Assembly (NCBI GenBank): GCA_963763775.1
Contig: CAVXPZ010000001.1
Coordinates: 864,001-928,000 of the forward strand
DNA length: 64,000 bases
Origin: an uncultured Chloroflexia bacterium
Lineage (GTDB): Bacteria; Chloroflexota; Limnocylindria; Limnocylindrales; CSP1-4
Direction of reading: 5' to 3'
Below the pieces are notes generated by a model. The model ran no database searches and was not told where the DNA came from. It worked only from the letters and a program-made list of their open reading frames with translations. Of the stretch, positions 52,224-62,518 are shown piece after piece; the first letter of the stretch is position 1, and every line of letters begins with the position of its first letter. A program made the position numbers and the translations under genes.

Positions 52224-53432
52224 TCAGGCGCCCGGTCGCTCCCAGCCCTGCGCGGGCCACGGCTCGCAGCGCAACGGGCGGTCCTCGCGATAGCCGAGCG
52301 CGTAGTCGGCCTGGATGAGCGTGTGGAGCTGGCTCGTGCCCTCGTAGATGACCGCCGCCTTCGAGTTGCGCAGATAGCGCTCCACCGGGAACTCGTTCGA
52401 GTAGCCGTTCGCGCCGTGGACCTGGATGGCGTCGAGCGCGCTCTGGACCGCGTGCTCGGTCGCGTGCCACTTGGCGAGGCTGGTCTCGCGCGTGTTGCGG
52501 ACGCCCTGGTTCTTCAGCCAGCCGGCGCGCCAGACGAGGAGCCGGCCGATCTCGATGCCCTTCGCCATGTTGGCGATCATCTGCTTCACGAGCTGGTGCT
52601 CGCCGATCTCCTGCCCGAACGTGTGCCGCTCGTGGGCGTATCGGACGGAGGCGTCGAGGCACGCCTGGGCGAGCCCCACGGCGCCGGCGGCGACGGTGTA
52701 CCGGCCCTGGTCGATCGCGCTCATCGCGACGAGGAACCCCTCGCCCTCCTCGCCGATCCGGTTCTCGAGCGGCACCGCGACGTCGTCCAGGTTGATCATC
52801 CCGGTATTGCCGGCGCGGATCCCGAGCTTGCCGTGCAGCGTGCCGGTCGTCAGGCCGGGCATCCCGCGCTCGAGCATGAACGCGGTCACGCCCTTGTGCT
52901 TCTTCGCGCGGTCGACCGAGGCGAAGACGAGGAAGTGGTCGGCGATGTCCGCGAGGCTGATCCACATCTTCTGGCCGTTCAGCCGGTAGGTGTCGCCCTG
53001 CCGGCGGGCCGTGGTCGCGAGGTTCCCGGCATCGGTGCCGACACCGGGCTCCGTGAGCCCGAACGTCGCGAGCTTCTCGCCGCGAGCCTGCGGGACCAGC
53101 CAGCGCTGCCGCTGCGCCTCGGTCCCCCACTGGAGGAGGGCGAGCGAGTTGAGCCCGACGTGGACGCTCTGGACCACGCGGAAGGCGGTGTCGGCCCGCT
53201 CGAGCTCCTCGCACAGGAGCGCGAAGCTGATGTAGTCCATCCCCGCGCCGCCGTAGGCCTCGGGGATCGGGGCGCCGAGGAATCCCAGCTCGCCCATCGC
53301 CGCGAACACCTCGCGGTGGACCTCGCCGGTCTCGTCCCATGCCCGGATGTTCGGCAGGATCTCGGCTTCGGCGAAGGCGCGAACGCTGTCGCGGACCAGC
53401 TTGTGCTCGTCGGTGAGGGCGAAGTCGACCAA
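52224..53432 (-). CDS. Acyl-CoA dehydrogenase
   Basis: FGLTEPGVGTD, LNGQKMWIS, KLGIRAG, QVHGANGY, IYEGTSQ; SD AGGAGG and TTG start. Confidence 0.95.
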   Translation of the reverse strand: MVDFALTDEHKLVRDSVRAFAEAEILPNIRAWDETGEVHREVFAAMGELGFLGAPIPEAYGGAGMDYISFALLCEELERADTAFRVVQSVHVGLNSLALLQWGTEAQRQRWLVPQARGEKLATFGLTEPGVGTDAGNLATTARRQGDTYRLNGQKMWISLADIADHFLVFASVDRAKKHKGVTAFMLERGMPGLTTGTLHGKLGIRAGNTGMINLDDVAVPLENRIGEEGEGFLVAMSAIDQGRYTVAAGAVGLAQACLDASVRYAHERHTFGQEIGEHQLVKQMIANMAKGIEIGRLLVWRAGWLKNQGVRNTRETSLAKWHATEHAVQSALDAIQVHGANGYSNEFPVERYLRNSKAAVIYEGTSQLHTLIQADYALGYREDRPLRCEPWPAQGWERPGA

Positions 53433-53452
53433 GGGGCCTCCTGCTCGGGCGG

Positions 53453-54098
53453 CTAGGCGAGCGATGCTAGCAGGGCGCGATCGACCCGGGCCGGCCCGGG
53501 CGTCCAGACCGTCGCCACGTGCCCCGCGCCGACGTCGAGCGACTGGCAGGACCCCGGTCCTCGGCCGACCGGCCAAGGCGTCCAGCGAGACCCCGCGGCC
53601 CTTCGCCTCGGCCTCGAGTCCCGTCCACGCCGTGGCGAACGCCGATGGCCAGGCAGGCGACGACGGGCCGATCCGACCCGGCAGCCCGGCCGGGCAGAGG
53701 TAGCGGTCGGCGACGGCCGGGTCGGATCGTCGGCGGTCCACCGGCTCCACGTCGACGCCGACATCGATCGCGTCCGCGACGGCCGCGATCGCGACCGTCC
53801 CGGCATGCGAGAGGCTGGCGCGCCAGCGGCCACCATCCGGGGTGAGGATCCACGGGCGCCCGTGGGCATCCGGCTCCACGCCGATCTCCACCGGGCGACA
53901 CCCGACAAGATGGGCGACCATCGATCGAAGCGTGGCGTGCGCGACGACGAAGCGTCGCGCGTCCTCGGGTCGACGGAACGACCTGGCGCGCCGCTGTTCG
54001 GCCGCATCGAGCGTCGACCATCCGGCTCCCATCGGATCCGTCCCACGGTCGACGCGCCCGACGCCGACGACGACCAGCGGGATGGCGGCCGCGCTCAC
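53453..54098 (-). CDS. Sfp-type 4'-phosphopantetheinyl transferase (frameshift ~53548)
   Basis: HGRPW, ASLSHAG, VGVDVE, WTGLEAEAKGRG; GTG overlaps the NRPS-like stop. Confidence 0.82.
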
Positions 54099-56695
54099 GG
54101 CGGGCCTTCGGCCGCCCGGAGGGTCCGGCTGAGCGAGGCCGCGAAGATCGCCCCGTGGTCGCCCTGGAAGATCGTCTCGTGGTCGACCGGCAGCGGCTCC
54201 CACGTCACATGCTCGGCGAGGCCCTCCCAGAACGTCCGCGGAACGTCGTAATCGCGCGACGTGAACACGACGAAGTCGCCGTCATACGGCATCAGGGCGT
54301 GGCCGCGCCGAGCGCGAGCGAGTTCGTCGAGGTAGCGGTCATGGTCGAGGGGGAGGCCCTCCGGGGGTGGCGTCAAGCGTTGCACGACGAGTCGGCCGAG
54401 GCCGCGGGCCGCGGTCCGAAACCCGCGACGCCGCAGGTGGAAGACGGCTCGTCGCCCGAAGTACGCCGGTCGGCCGGCGTACCAGCGCCAGTCGCGCGGC
54501 CGGTCGACGCGCGGGTCGACGAGCCCGAGCAGGCCGACCGCCTCGCCATCGGAACCGAGACGACGGGCCATCTCGATCGCAACGCGTCCACCCGAGCAGT
54601 AGCCGCCGATGTAGTAGGGGCCTTCCGGCTGGACCGTCCGAACTTCCGCCAGAAAGGCATCGGCGAGCCCGTCGATCGACGGCGGCAGGTTGCCGCCGTC
54701 GACGTTCATCGCGCGCAACCCGTAGAGCGGCTGCTCCGGGTCGAGCGTCCGTCGCAAGGCCGCGGGCCCGATGATCCCGTCGTCGATGTGCACGAAGAAG
54801 AACGGCGGGCGGGCACCCTCGGGCTGGATCGGGAGCAGGGCGGACGTGGGCGCCTGCCACGAGCCGGTGTCGAGGCCGCGCGCATAGCGCTCGATCGTCG
54901 GCGCCCAGAGGAAGGTCGCCAGCGGGAGGTCCTTGGTGCCGAGCCGTTCCCCGATCCGGACGACGATCATCGCGGCGAGCATCGAGTCGCCGCCGACCTC
55001 GAAGAAGTCGTCAAGGACCCCGACGGCGTCGAGGCCGAGCACATCCGACCAGATACTCGCGAGCTCGACCTCTGTCGCGGTGCGCGGCGCGACCCTGGGG
55101 GCCGCGGCTCGGGGCGGTCCCGCAGCACCGGCGCCCGTCGCCGTGCCGTCGTCCTTCGCGAGGCCGAGGCGTGCCGCCAGGCCGATGCGCTGGACCTTGC
55201 CCGTCGGTCCCTTCGGGATCTCGTGCACGATCCGGATCGCCCGCGGGACCTTGAAGTCGGCGAGCCGCTCCGCGAGATCCGCCTGCAGCGCCTGCTCGGT
55301 CAGGGTGGTCCCGTCTCGCGGGACCACGGCCGCGGCGACCTCCTCGCCCAGACGCGCATCCGGCATGGCGAAGACCACCGCTTGCGCCACACCGGGGATC
55401 GCGAGCAGCGCCTCCTCGACCTCGACCGGCGCGACCTTCTCGCCGCCGCGGTTGATGAGCTCCTTGAGCCGGCCGCGCAGGAAGAGATACCCCTCGTCGT
55501 CGAGCGTGCCCTGGTCGCCGGTGCGGAACCACCCGTTCACGAACGCGGTCGCGTTCGCCTCGGGGTTGGCGTCGTAGCCGTCGAAGACCGTCGCGCCGCG
55601 GATGCCCACCTCGCCGAGCGCCCCCGGCTCCAGGACGGCGCCCGTCGGGTCGAGGATCGCGAGATCGATGCCACTCGCCCGGCCGACGGAGCCGGGCTTG
55701 CGAACGCCCGGGGGGATCGGGTTCGTCGCCATCTGGTGGCTGGCCTCGGTCATCCCGTAGGCCTCGACGACGGGCGTCGCGAAGGTCGCCTCGAGCGCCT
55801 CCAGGGTCGCGATCGGCAGCGACGCCGACGACGACCGGATGAACCGGAGCGGCCGACGGTCGATGACCTCGCGATGGGCTGGCGCCCGAGCCAGCACGCC
55901 CTGGTGGATCGTGGGGACGGCCGTGTACCAGGTGGGTCGTTCGTGGTCGAGCCACTCGAAGAACTCGGTGGCGACGAAGCCGGGCGCCGCGACCAGGCTG
56001 CCCCCCGACGCGATCGTCGCGAGCCACGCGGCGACCAGGCCGTGGATGTGGAAGAGCGGCATCACGTTGAGGCAGCGGTCCGCCGGGGTCAGGCCCAGGC
56101 CGTCCGCGACGCTGCTCGCGGAGGCCGCCAGCCGCCCATGGGTGAGCGGCACGAGCTTGGGTCGGGCGGTCGTCCCCGAGGTATGGAGCAGCAGCGCGAC
56201 GTCGTTCGGCGAGGGTGGCGTCGACGGCTGTGCCGGTGCCGCCGGCATCGTGACCGCGGTCATCGGGCGGATGGAGACGGCGCCTGCCGTGCCGCCAGGT
56301 TCGCGGGCCATGGCCAGCACGGGGATGCCGAGACCCGCGGCGACCTCCGGTGCCGCGCTCTCGAGCCCATCCTGGACGATGACCATCGACGCGTGGAGAT
56401 CGTCGAGATAGAACGCGAGCTCGTCGCGACGGTAGGCGGGGTTCAACGGCGCCGCGACGGCCGCGGCGGTGATCCCGAGGAAGGCCACGGCGGCCTCCGG
56501 GCCATTGCCCGTGACGAGGGCCACGCGATCCGTGCGGCCCGCCCCGGCGGCCGCAAGACTCGCCGCCACGTCGCCGACGATATCGGCGAGTCGGGTGAAC
56601 GAGGTGGGCGGCAGGCCGGGCGCCAGGAGGGCGGCTCCGCCCGGATCGCGCTCGGCCGACGCCGCCACGAGGTCCGGGATCGTCGTCATGGGCAT
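54095..56695 (-). CDS. NRPS-like adenylation-thiolation-thioesterase enzyme
   Basis: A: LHTSGTTARPK, PLFHIHGL, YGMTEASHQM, FRTGD, PKGPTGK; T: DDFFEVGGDSM; TE: GPYYIGGYCSGG...D...H. Confidence 0.92.
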   Translation of the reverse strand: MPMTTIPDLVAASAERDPGGAALLAPGLPPTSFTRLADIVGDVAASLAAAGAGRTDRVALVTGNGPEAAVAFLGITAAAVAAPLNPAYRRDELAFYLDDLHASMVIVQDGLESAAPEVAAGLGIPVLAMAREPGGTAGAVSIRPMTAVTMPAAPAQPSTPPSPNDVALLLHTSGTTARPKLVPLTHGRLAASASSVADGLGLTPADRCLNVMPLFHIHGLVAAWLATIASGGSLVAAPGFVATEFFEWLDHERPTWYTAVPTIHQGVLARAPAHREVIDRRPLRFIRSSSASLPIATLEALEATFATPVVEAYGMTEASHQMATNPIPPGVRKPGSVGRASGIDLAILDPTGAVLEPGALGEVGIRGATVFDGYDANPEANATAFVNGWFRTGDQGTLDDEGYLFLRGRLKELINRGGEKVAPVEVEEALLAIPGVAQAVVFAMPDARLGEEVAAAVVPRDGTTLTEQALQADLAERLADFKVPRAIRIVHEIPKGPTGKVQRIGLAARLGLAKDDGTATGAGAAGPPRAAAPRVAPRTATEVELASIWSDVLGLDAVGVLDDFFEVGGDSMLAAMIVVRIGERLGTKDLPLATFLWAPTIERYARGLDTGSWQAPTSALLPIQPEGARPPFFFVHIDDGIIGPAALRRTLDPEQPLYGLRAMNVDGGNLPPSIDGLADAFLAEVRTVQPEGPYYIGGYCSGGRVAIEMARRLGSDGEAVGLLGLVDPRVDRPRDWRWYAGRPAYFGRRAVFHLRRRGFRTAARGLGRLVVQRLTPPPEGLPLDHDRYLDELARARRGHALMPYDGDFVVFTSRDYDVPRTFWEGLAEHVTWEPLPVDHETIFQGDHGAIFAASLSRTLRAAEGPP

Positions 56696-56768
56696 GCCCC
56701 GAGGATAGGCGGCCGGGCTCGAACCGTATACTCGGTCCCCCGCCCAGCCATCTCGGAGTCACGCACCG

Positions 56769-58053
56769 ATGTCGACCCCCGGCACCGCATCGTCCTCGAA
56801 CCTGACGCCCGTCCTGGGGCGCTACTACCAACGCGACTGGAGCCACGGGTCCGGACATCGCCTGTATGACACGGACGGGCGCGCGTACCTCGACTTCGCC
56901 AACGGGATCGCCGTCTCGGCGCTGGGGCACGTCCACCCGAAGGTGACGGCCGCGATCCATGCACAGGTCGACCGGCTCATCGGCCCGATCAACGCCCTGG
57001 GCTTCGCGGAGCCGGTCTCGCGCCTCGCGACCGAGCTCGCGGCGACGTTCCCGGAGCCACTGGATTCCGTGATGTTCCTCAACTCCGGGTCCGAGGCCAT
57101 CGACGGGGCGCTCAAGCTGGCGCGGCGGGTGACCGGCCGGCCCGGGATCATCGCGTTCCGTGGCGGGTTCCACGGCCGGACCTTCGGGGCCACGAGCGTC
57201 ACCACGTCGAACCTGAACTACCGGACCGGCTACGAGCCGCTGCTCCCTGGCGTCTACTTCGCCCCGTTCCCGAACGCGTACGACGACTTCGCGGGCGACG
57301 ACGCCCAGGCCAGCGAGACGTGCCTCTCGATCCTTCGATCGCTGCTGGAGACGATCATCGCGCCGTCGAAGGTGGCGGCGATCCTCATCGAGCCCATCCA
57401 GGGCGAGGGCGGCTTCATCCCGGCGCCGGCGGCCTTCCTCCAGGGCCTGCGAGCGCTCTGCGACGAGCACGGGATCCTGCTGATCGCCGACGAGATCCAG
57501 TCGGGCTACGGGCGGACCGGGCGGATGTGGGCCTTCGAGCACGCCGCGATCGTCCCGGACATCGTGACGGTGGCCAAGGCCATCGCGAACGGCCTGCCGT
57601 TGTCGGCCATCGTGTCGTCACGCGAGCTCCAGGAGCGATGGGGCCGAGGCGCGCACGGCTCCACGTATGGCGGCAACCCGGTCGCCTGTGCCGCCGGCCT
57701 CGCCGTCCTCGAGACCATCCAGGGCGAAGGGCTCATCGCGAACGCCGCGATCCGCGGCGCCGAGCTGAGCGCGGGACTCGCCGCGATCGCGGCCGAGGAC
57801 GAGCGGATCGGCGACATCCGCGGACCAGGTCTGATGGTCGGCGTGGAATTCGTCCGCGACCGGGCGACCCGGGAGCGCGATGGCGACCTGCCGGACCGTC
57901 TGATGGCCGCCTGCGCCGATGCCGGCCTGCTCGTGCTCACGTGCGGGTCCCAGCACGAGACGATCCGCTGGATCCCGCCGCTCGATGTCAGCGCGGCCGA
58001 AGATCGCCGAGGCGGTCGAGATCTTCGGGGACACCCTCTCGCGGTTGCGCTAA
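56769..58053 (+). CDS. Class III PLP aminotransferase (4-aminobutyrate aminotransferase-like; frameshift ~58000)
   Basis: NSGSEA, FHGRT, EPIQGEGG, ADEIQSGYGRTG, VAKAIANG, STYGGNP. Confidence 0.93.
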
Positions 58054-58182
58054 GGGTCTTCGGCCGCCGCGCGCCGGCGTCACGGCTCGGGACGCGAACG
58101 AGCGCCCGTACCCACGCGGGTCGGGCGCTCGGCGTGCGCGGAACGTCGACGACGGATCGGACCAGGGTCCGACCCGAAACGG

Positions 58183-58377
58183 TCAGCGGTTCTGCGACAG
58201 GAACTTCATCACGTCATCGAGCCGGAACCGGCGGTCCCCGCGCTTGCAGACGCGATAGAACGGCAGCTCGCCACGATCGCCTAGACGCTTCACGGTATTG
58301 ACGTGGAGGTGGAGCATCTCGGCGACTTCGGTCGCAGTGAGCATCGGTCCAAGTTCGTTGACGGCCATCGATGCCAT
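58183..58377 (-). CDS. Small excisionase/BldC-like helix-turn-helix protein
   Basis: MLTATEVAEMLHLHVNTVKRLGDRGELP...GDRRFR..DV. Confidence 0.88.
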   Translation of the reverse strand: MASMAVNELGPMLTATEVAEMLHLHVNTVKRLGDRGELPFYRVCKRGDRRFRLDDVMKFLSQNR

Positions 58378-58464
58378 ACGGTCGTTGCCTCAGTTCTGCG
58401 CACTTCTCGGCGGTTCCGGACCCCTGGGGTGGCCAGGGGTAGGGTTCGGCCCGCTGCGAGGCAG

Positions 58465-58521
58465 AGCGTAGGAGTGCGGTGGGTGCACCGCCAAGCCGTA
58501 CTTTGGAGTACCCGCGAGTAC
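58465..58521 (-). promoter_or_regulatory. Promoter of the small HTH gene with phased GTAC repeats
   Basis: TTGGCG-N18-TACGCT on the minus strand; GTAC at 58498, 58508, 58518 directly upstream of the -35. Confidence 0.55.
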
Positions 58522-58569
58522 CACGGTCGGGTCCGGTGTGGTCTCCCGCCCGCCGACCGTGGGTCCCGC

Positions 58570-59778
58570 TCAGCCGCCGTCGCCTCTCCCTACCGGGTAC
58601 GCATCCGTGGTATCCGGCGCGTCCGCGACGATCGTGATCTCGATCGTCGGGAGCCGCTCCAGGATCCGGTCGGCCAGCGACGAGCGCCGCATCCGGTCCA
58701 GCGCGCTCGACGTCCGATGCGGCATGACCAGCCGCGTGACGCGTCGGCTGCGGGCCACCATGACGATCCCGTCGGCGACATCGGCCGACTCGACCGTGAC
58801 GATCTCGGCCCCGAGGTCCGTCGCGTCGTCGCGAAACTCGCGCAACCGCCGGGTCCGCTCGGATGGCGCGCCGGCGTCGGCCGGCGTCTCCACGAGGACC
58901 GCGAGGAGGGGCGCCCGAAGGATGGCCGCGGTCGCGGCGGCCCGGCGAAGCGCCCGCGGTGTCGCGGGCGACGAGTCCACGAGGACCAGGACACGCTCGC
59001 TGACCGTCTGGAGCAGCCGCTCGCTGCCGATGTCCTCGAGCTGGGCGTCGACCCGGCCCGCAACGAACCGCAGGGCCAGCTCCCGCAGGGCCGTCAGATT
59101 GCCTTCGGTGAAGAACCGGTCGAGGGCGATCCTGGCCCGGTCCTCGGGATACACGTTCCCGTGGCGCATCCGCTGGCGAAGGGCGAACGGGCTCATGTCG
59201 ACGAGCTCGACCTCGTCCGCTGCCGCGAGCACCTCGTCCGGGATGCGCTCGTTGACCGGCGCGCCGGTGATCGTCGCCACCGCGTCGGCGACCGACTCGA
59301 GATGCTGGATGTTGCAGGTGCTCACGACGTCGATCCCGGCGTCGAGGAGCACGCCGACATCCTCCCAGCGCTTGTCGCGCGCCGAGCCAGGCGCGTTCGT
59401 GTGGGCGAGCTCGTCCACCAGGGCCACGGTCGGACGTCGCACGATCACGGCGTCGGTGTCCATCTCCTCGACGACGACGCCGCGGTACTCCACGCGGCGG
59501 CGCGGGACGATCTCGAGTCCGTCCAGCAGTCTCGCGGTCTCGGGCCGACCGTGGGACTCCACGAAGCCGACGACCAGGTCCGTCCCGCGCGCCGTCCTCC
59601 GGTGGCCCTCCTCGAGCATCCGGTACGTCTTGCCGACGCCGGGGGCCATCCCGAGGTAGACGCGCAGTCGACCGCGACCGTCGGCCTGTCGTTCCGCGCC
59701 CCTCGTTCGGGCGAGCATCTCGTCGGCGGTCGGACGTCGGTCGCCGTCGGACCGGTCCGAGCGGTCGCGCTCGGTCAT
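58570..59778 (-). CDS. kdpD: KdpD N-terminal sensor (KdpD domain + USP) lacking TM and histidine kinase regions
   Basis: YLGMAPGVGKTY, LVDELAHTN, KRWEDV, NIQHLES, GNLTALRELAL; ends after the USP domain. Confidence 0.9.
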   Translation of the reverse strand: MTERDRSDRSDGDRRPTADEMLARTRGAERQADGRGRLRVYLGMAPGVGKTYRMLEEGHRRTARGTDLVVGFVESHGRPETARLLDGLEIVPRRRVEYRGVVVEEMDTDAVIVRRPTVALVDELAHTNAPGSARDKRWEDVGVLLDAGIDVVSTCNIQHLESVADAVATITGAPVNERIPDEVLAAADEVELVDMSPFALRQRMRHGNVYPEDRARIALDRFFTEGNLTALRELALRFVAGRVDAQLEDIGSERLLQTVSERVLVLVDSSPATPRALRRAAATAAILRAPLLAVLVETPADAGAPSERTRRLREFRDDATDLGAEIVTVESADVADGIVMVARSRRVTRLVMPHRTSSALDRMRRSSLADRILERLPTIEITIVADAPDTTDAYPVGRGDGG

Positions 59779-60356
59779 CGCAGGAGCCCGTCCAGGTCGA
59801 GATTCAGCTCCAGGACGTTGACCCGGGGCTGCCCCAGGAACCCCAGGAGCGGCTGGGTCGTGTGTCGCGCCACGGCGGCGCGAACGTCGTCCTCGCTGAT
59901 CCCTCGCGTCTTCGCGACGCGGGCCACCTGGTACTCGGCGCCGGCCGGGCTGATGTCCGCGTCGAGCCCGGAGGCGGACGTCGTCACGAGGTCGACCGGG
60001 ATCGGGGCGTCGCCGTTCGCGGCCCGGAAGTCGTCGATGGACGTCTGGATCCGGTCGATCAGGTCCTGGTTGGTCGGACCGAGGTTCGAGCCGGCTGACG
60101 CGTTCGCGTCGTAGCCGTCGCTCCCGGCCGCGGACAGGCGCCCGGAGAAGTACTTCGGGTCGTCGAAGGCCTGACCGATCAGGGTGGACCCGATCGCCGT
60201 TCCGTCGACCACGATCAACGAGCCGTTGGCCTGGTGCGGGAACGCGACCTGGGCCAGCCCCGTGATGACGACGGGGTAGACGATCCCGACGAGGAGGGTG
60301 ATGAGCAGCAGCAGGGCCGCGGCCGGGTAGAGCTGGTGGCGGAGGAAGGTGGTCAT
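59775..60356 (-). CDS. kdpC: K+-transporting ATPase subunit C
   Basis: QANGSLI, SAGSNLGP, DLVTTSASGLD..IS, VNVLELNLDLD. Confidence 0.96.
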   Translation of the reverse strand: MTTFLRHQLYPAAALLLLITLLVGIVYPVVITGLAQVAFPHQANGSLIVVDGTAIGSTLIGQAFDDPKYFSGRLSAAGSDGYDANASAGSNLGPTNQDLIDRIQTSIDDFRAANGDAPIPVDLVTTSASGLDADISPAGAEYQVARVAKTRGISEDDVRAAVARHTTQPLLGFLGQPRVNVLELNLDLDGLLR

Positions 60357-60368
60357 TCGTCGGTCGTC

Positions 60369-62516
60369 CTAGGCGATGTTCAAGGCGGTGAGGAGCATGT
60401 CGATCAGCTTGATCCCCACGAACGGAGCGAGGATGCCGCCGAGCCCGTAGATCAGCAGGTTGCGCTGGAGCAGCGCGCTCGCGGGCGCGGCCCGGAAGGC
60501 GACGCCGCGAAGGGCCAATGGGATGAGTGCCACGATGATCAGGGCGTTGAAGATCACGGCGGCCAGGATCGCGCTCTGGGGTGTCGAGAGCCCCATGACG
60601 TTGAGCGCGTTCAGCTCCGGGTAGACCGTGACGAAGATCGCCGGGATGATCGCGAAGTACTTCGCGAGATCGTTCGCGATCGAGAACGTGGTGATCGCCC
60701 CGCGCGTGATCAGGAGCTGCTTCCCGATCGCGATGACCTCGATGAGCTTGGTGGGGTCCGAGTCGAGGTCGACCATGTTGGCCGCTTCCTTCGAGGCCGA
60801 GGTGCCGCTGTTCATCGCGAGCCCCACGTCGGCCTGCGCGAGCGCCGGCGCGTCGTTCGTGCCGTCACCGGTCATCGCGACGAGGTGCCCGTCCGCCTGC
60901 TCGCGGCGGATGATGGCGATCTTGTCCTCGGGCTTGGCCTCGGCCACGAAGTCGTCGACGCCGGCCTCGGCGGCGATCGTCTTCGCGGTCAGCGGGTTGT
61001 CGCCGGTGATCATGATCGTGCGGATGCCCATCCGGCGGAGCTCCGCGAAACGCTCCGCGAGCCCCGGCTTCACGGTGTCCTTGAGCTCGATGACGCCGAG
61101 CGCTCGACCGTGGCGGCTGATCGCGAGCGGTGTCGCCCCGAGACCGGCGACCTCGTCGCTGACGGCGCCCAGCTCGGGCGGGGGCGCGACCGTCAGGCCG
61201 GCGACGATCGCGTCGACCGCGCCCTTGAGGATCGTGCTGCCGTCGTCGAGCCGGACGCCGCTGGCGCGCGCCTCCGCGGTGAACGGGATCGACTCGACGA
61301 TGGCGTTCTTGAGCGCCGCGTCGTCGACGGAGCCGCCGAGCTCGGCGAGCCGCGCATGGGCGAGGGTCACGATCGACCGGCCCTCGGGGGTCTCGTCGTC
61401 CAGCGAGGCCTGCAAGGCGGCCGTCACGACCTCGGCCTCGTCCGCGCCGGGCATCGGGACGATGCGCGACGCGAGCCGATTGCCGAACGTGATCGTGCCG
61501 GTCTTGTCGAGGAGGATCACGTCGACGTCGCCCGATGCCTCGACGGCCCGCCCGCTCATGGCCAGGACGTTGAAGCGCGCGACGCGGTCCATCCCGGCGA
61601 TCCCGATCGCCGAGAGCAGCCCGCCGATCGTGGTCGGGATGAGGCAGACGAGGAGGGCGATGAGAGCGACCGTGTCCACGGTGGCGCCGGCGTACAGCCC
61701 GAACGGCCGCAACGTCACCGTGGCCATCAGGAAGACGATCGTGAGGCCCGACAACAGGATGGCCAGGGCGATCTCGTTGGGCGTCCGCTGACGCTTCGCG
61801 CCCTCGACGAGGGCGATCATCCGGTCGAGGAAGGTCTCGCCCGGATCGGCGGTGATCCGGATGACCAGCGAGTCACTCGTGAGCTGGGTGCCGCCCGTCA
61901 CCGAGCTGCGGATATCCGTGCCCGGCTCCTTGAGGACGGGGGCGGATTCGCCGGTGATCGCGGACTCGTTGACGTAGGCGACGCCCTCGATGACGTCCCC
62001 GTCGCCGGGGATCGTCTCGGGCTCGCGCACGACGACGATGTCGCCCTTGCGCAGCTCCGAGGAGCCGATGTCCTCGATCGTGCCGTCGGCGCGCGGCGGT
62101 GGGCTGTCGTCTCGGACCGAGTCCGACGAAGCGTCGCGGCCTGCGCCCGGCCGCGCGCCTCGGCGACGGCCTCGGCATACGTGGCGAACAGGACCGTGAA
62201 CCACAGCCACGCGGCGATCTGGACCTGGAAGCCGAGGCCATCGGGCCCGCGTCACCGGCTGGAGACCGGTCACGTTCGCGATCGCGATGATCGTCACCAG
62301 CGCGGCCGTGAGCTCGACGACGAACATGACCGGGTTCCGGATGAGCTGCCGCGGATCGAGCTTGCGGATCGACTGGGGCAGGGCGGCCCGGAGCAGGTCC
62401 GGATCGAAGACGCCACGCGGCTTCGGCGGTTCGCCACTGGGTTTCGCGCCCCCGAGGGAGATGGATCGCTGGAAGCGGCGTGTGCCGCGTCCGAGGTCGA
62501 CGGAGAAGAGCGTCAT
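60369..62516 (-). CDS. kdpB: K+-transporting ATPase subunit B (compensating frameshifts ~62095-62250)
   Basis: [38 protein letters not shown]; out-of-frame stretch restores to [16 protein letters not shown]. Confidence 0.96.
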   Translation of the reverse strand: MTLFSVDLGRGTRRFQRSISLGGAKPSGEPPKPRGVFDPDLLRAALPQSIRKLDPRQLIRNPVMFVVELTAALVTIIAIANVTGLQPVTRARWPRLPGPDRRVAVVHGPVRHVCRGRRRGARPGAGRDASSDSVRDDSPPPRADGTIEDIGSSELRKGDIVVVREPETIPGDGDVIEGVAYVNESAITGESAPVLKEPGTDIRSSVTGGTQLTSDSLVIRITADPGETFLDRMIALVEGAKRQRTPNEIALAILLSGLTIVFLMATVTLRPFGLYAGATVDTVALIALLVCLIPTTIGGLLSAIGIAGMDRVARFNVLAMSGRAVEASGDVDVILLDKTGTITFGNRLASRIVPMPGADEAEVVTAALQASLDDETPEGRSIVTLAHARLAELGGSVDDAALKNAIVESIPFTAEARASGVRLDDGSTILKGAVDAIVAGLTVAPPPELGAVSDEVAGLGATPLAISRHGRALGVIELKDTVKPGLAERFAELRRMGIRTIMITGDNPLTAKTIAAEAGVDDFVAEAKPEDKIAIIRREQADGHLVAMTGDGTNDAPALAQADVGLAMNSGTSASKEAANMVDLDSDPTKLIEVIAIGKQLLITRGAITTFSIANDLAKYFAIIPAIFVTVYPELNALNVMGLSTPQSAILAAVIFNALIIVALIPLALRGVAFRAAPASALLQRNLLIYGLGGILAPFVGIKLIDMLLTALNIA

Positions 62517-62518
62517 GG

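Noticed and set aside
52224-54203. 659-aa PPTase-acyl-CoA dehydrogenase fusion
   Set aside because: Frameshift at ~53548; the dehydrogenase has its own -10 (TAGCAT), SD AGGAGG and TTG start
58183-58377. Excisionase as evidence of a prophage or ICE
   Set aside because: No integrase, att repeat or phage genes nearby; flanks are housekeeping
62095-62250. Divergent segment in KdpB as a novel insertion or recoding site
   Set aside because: The canonical KdpB TM sequence is present in another frame between two compensating indels, consistent with the other sequencing errors
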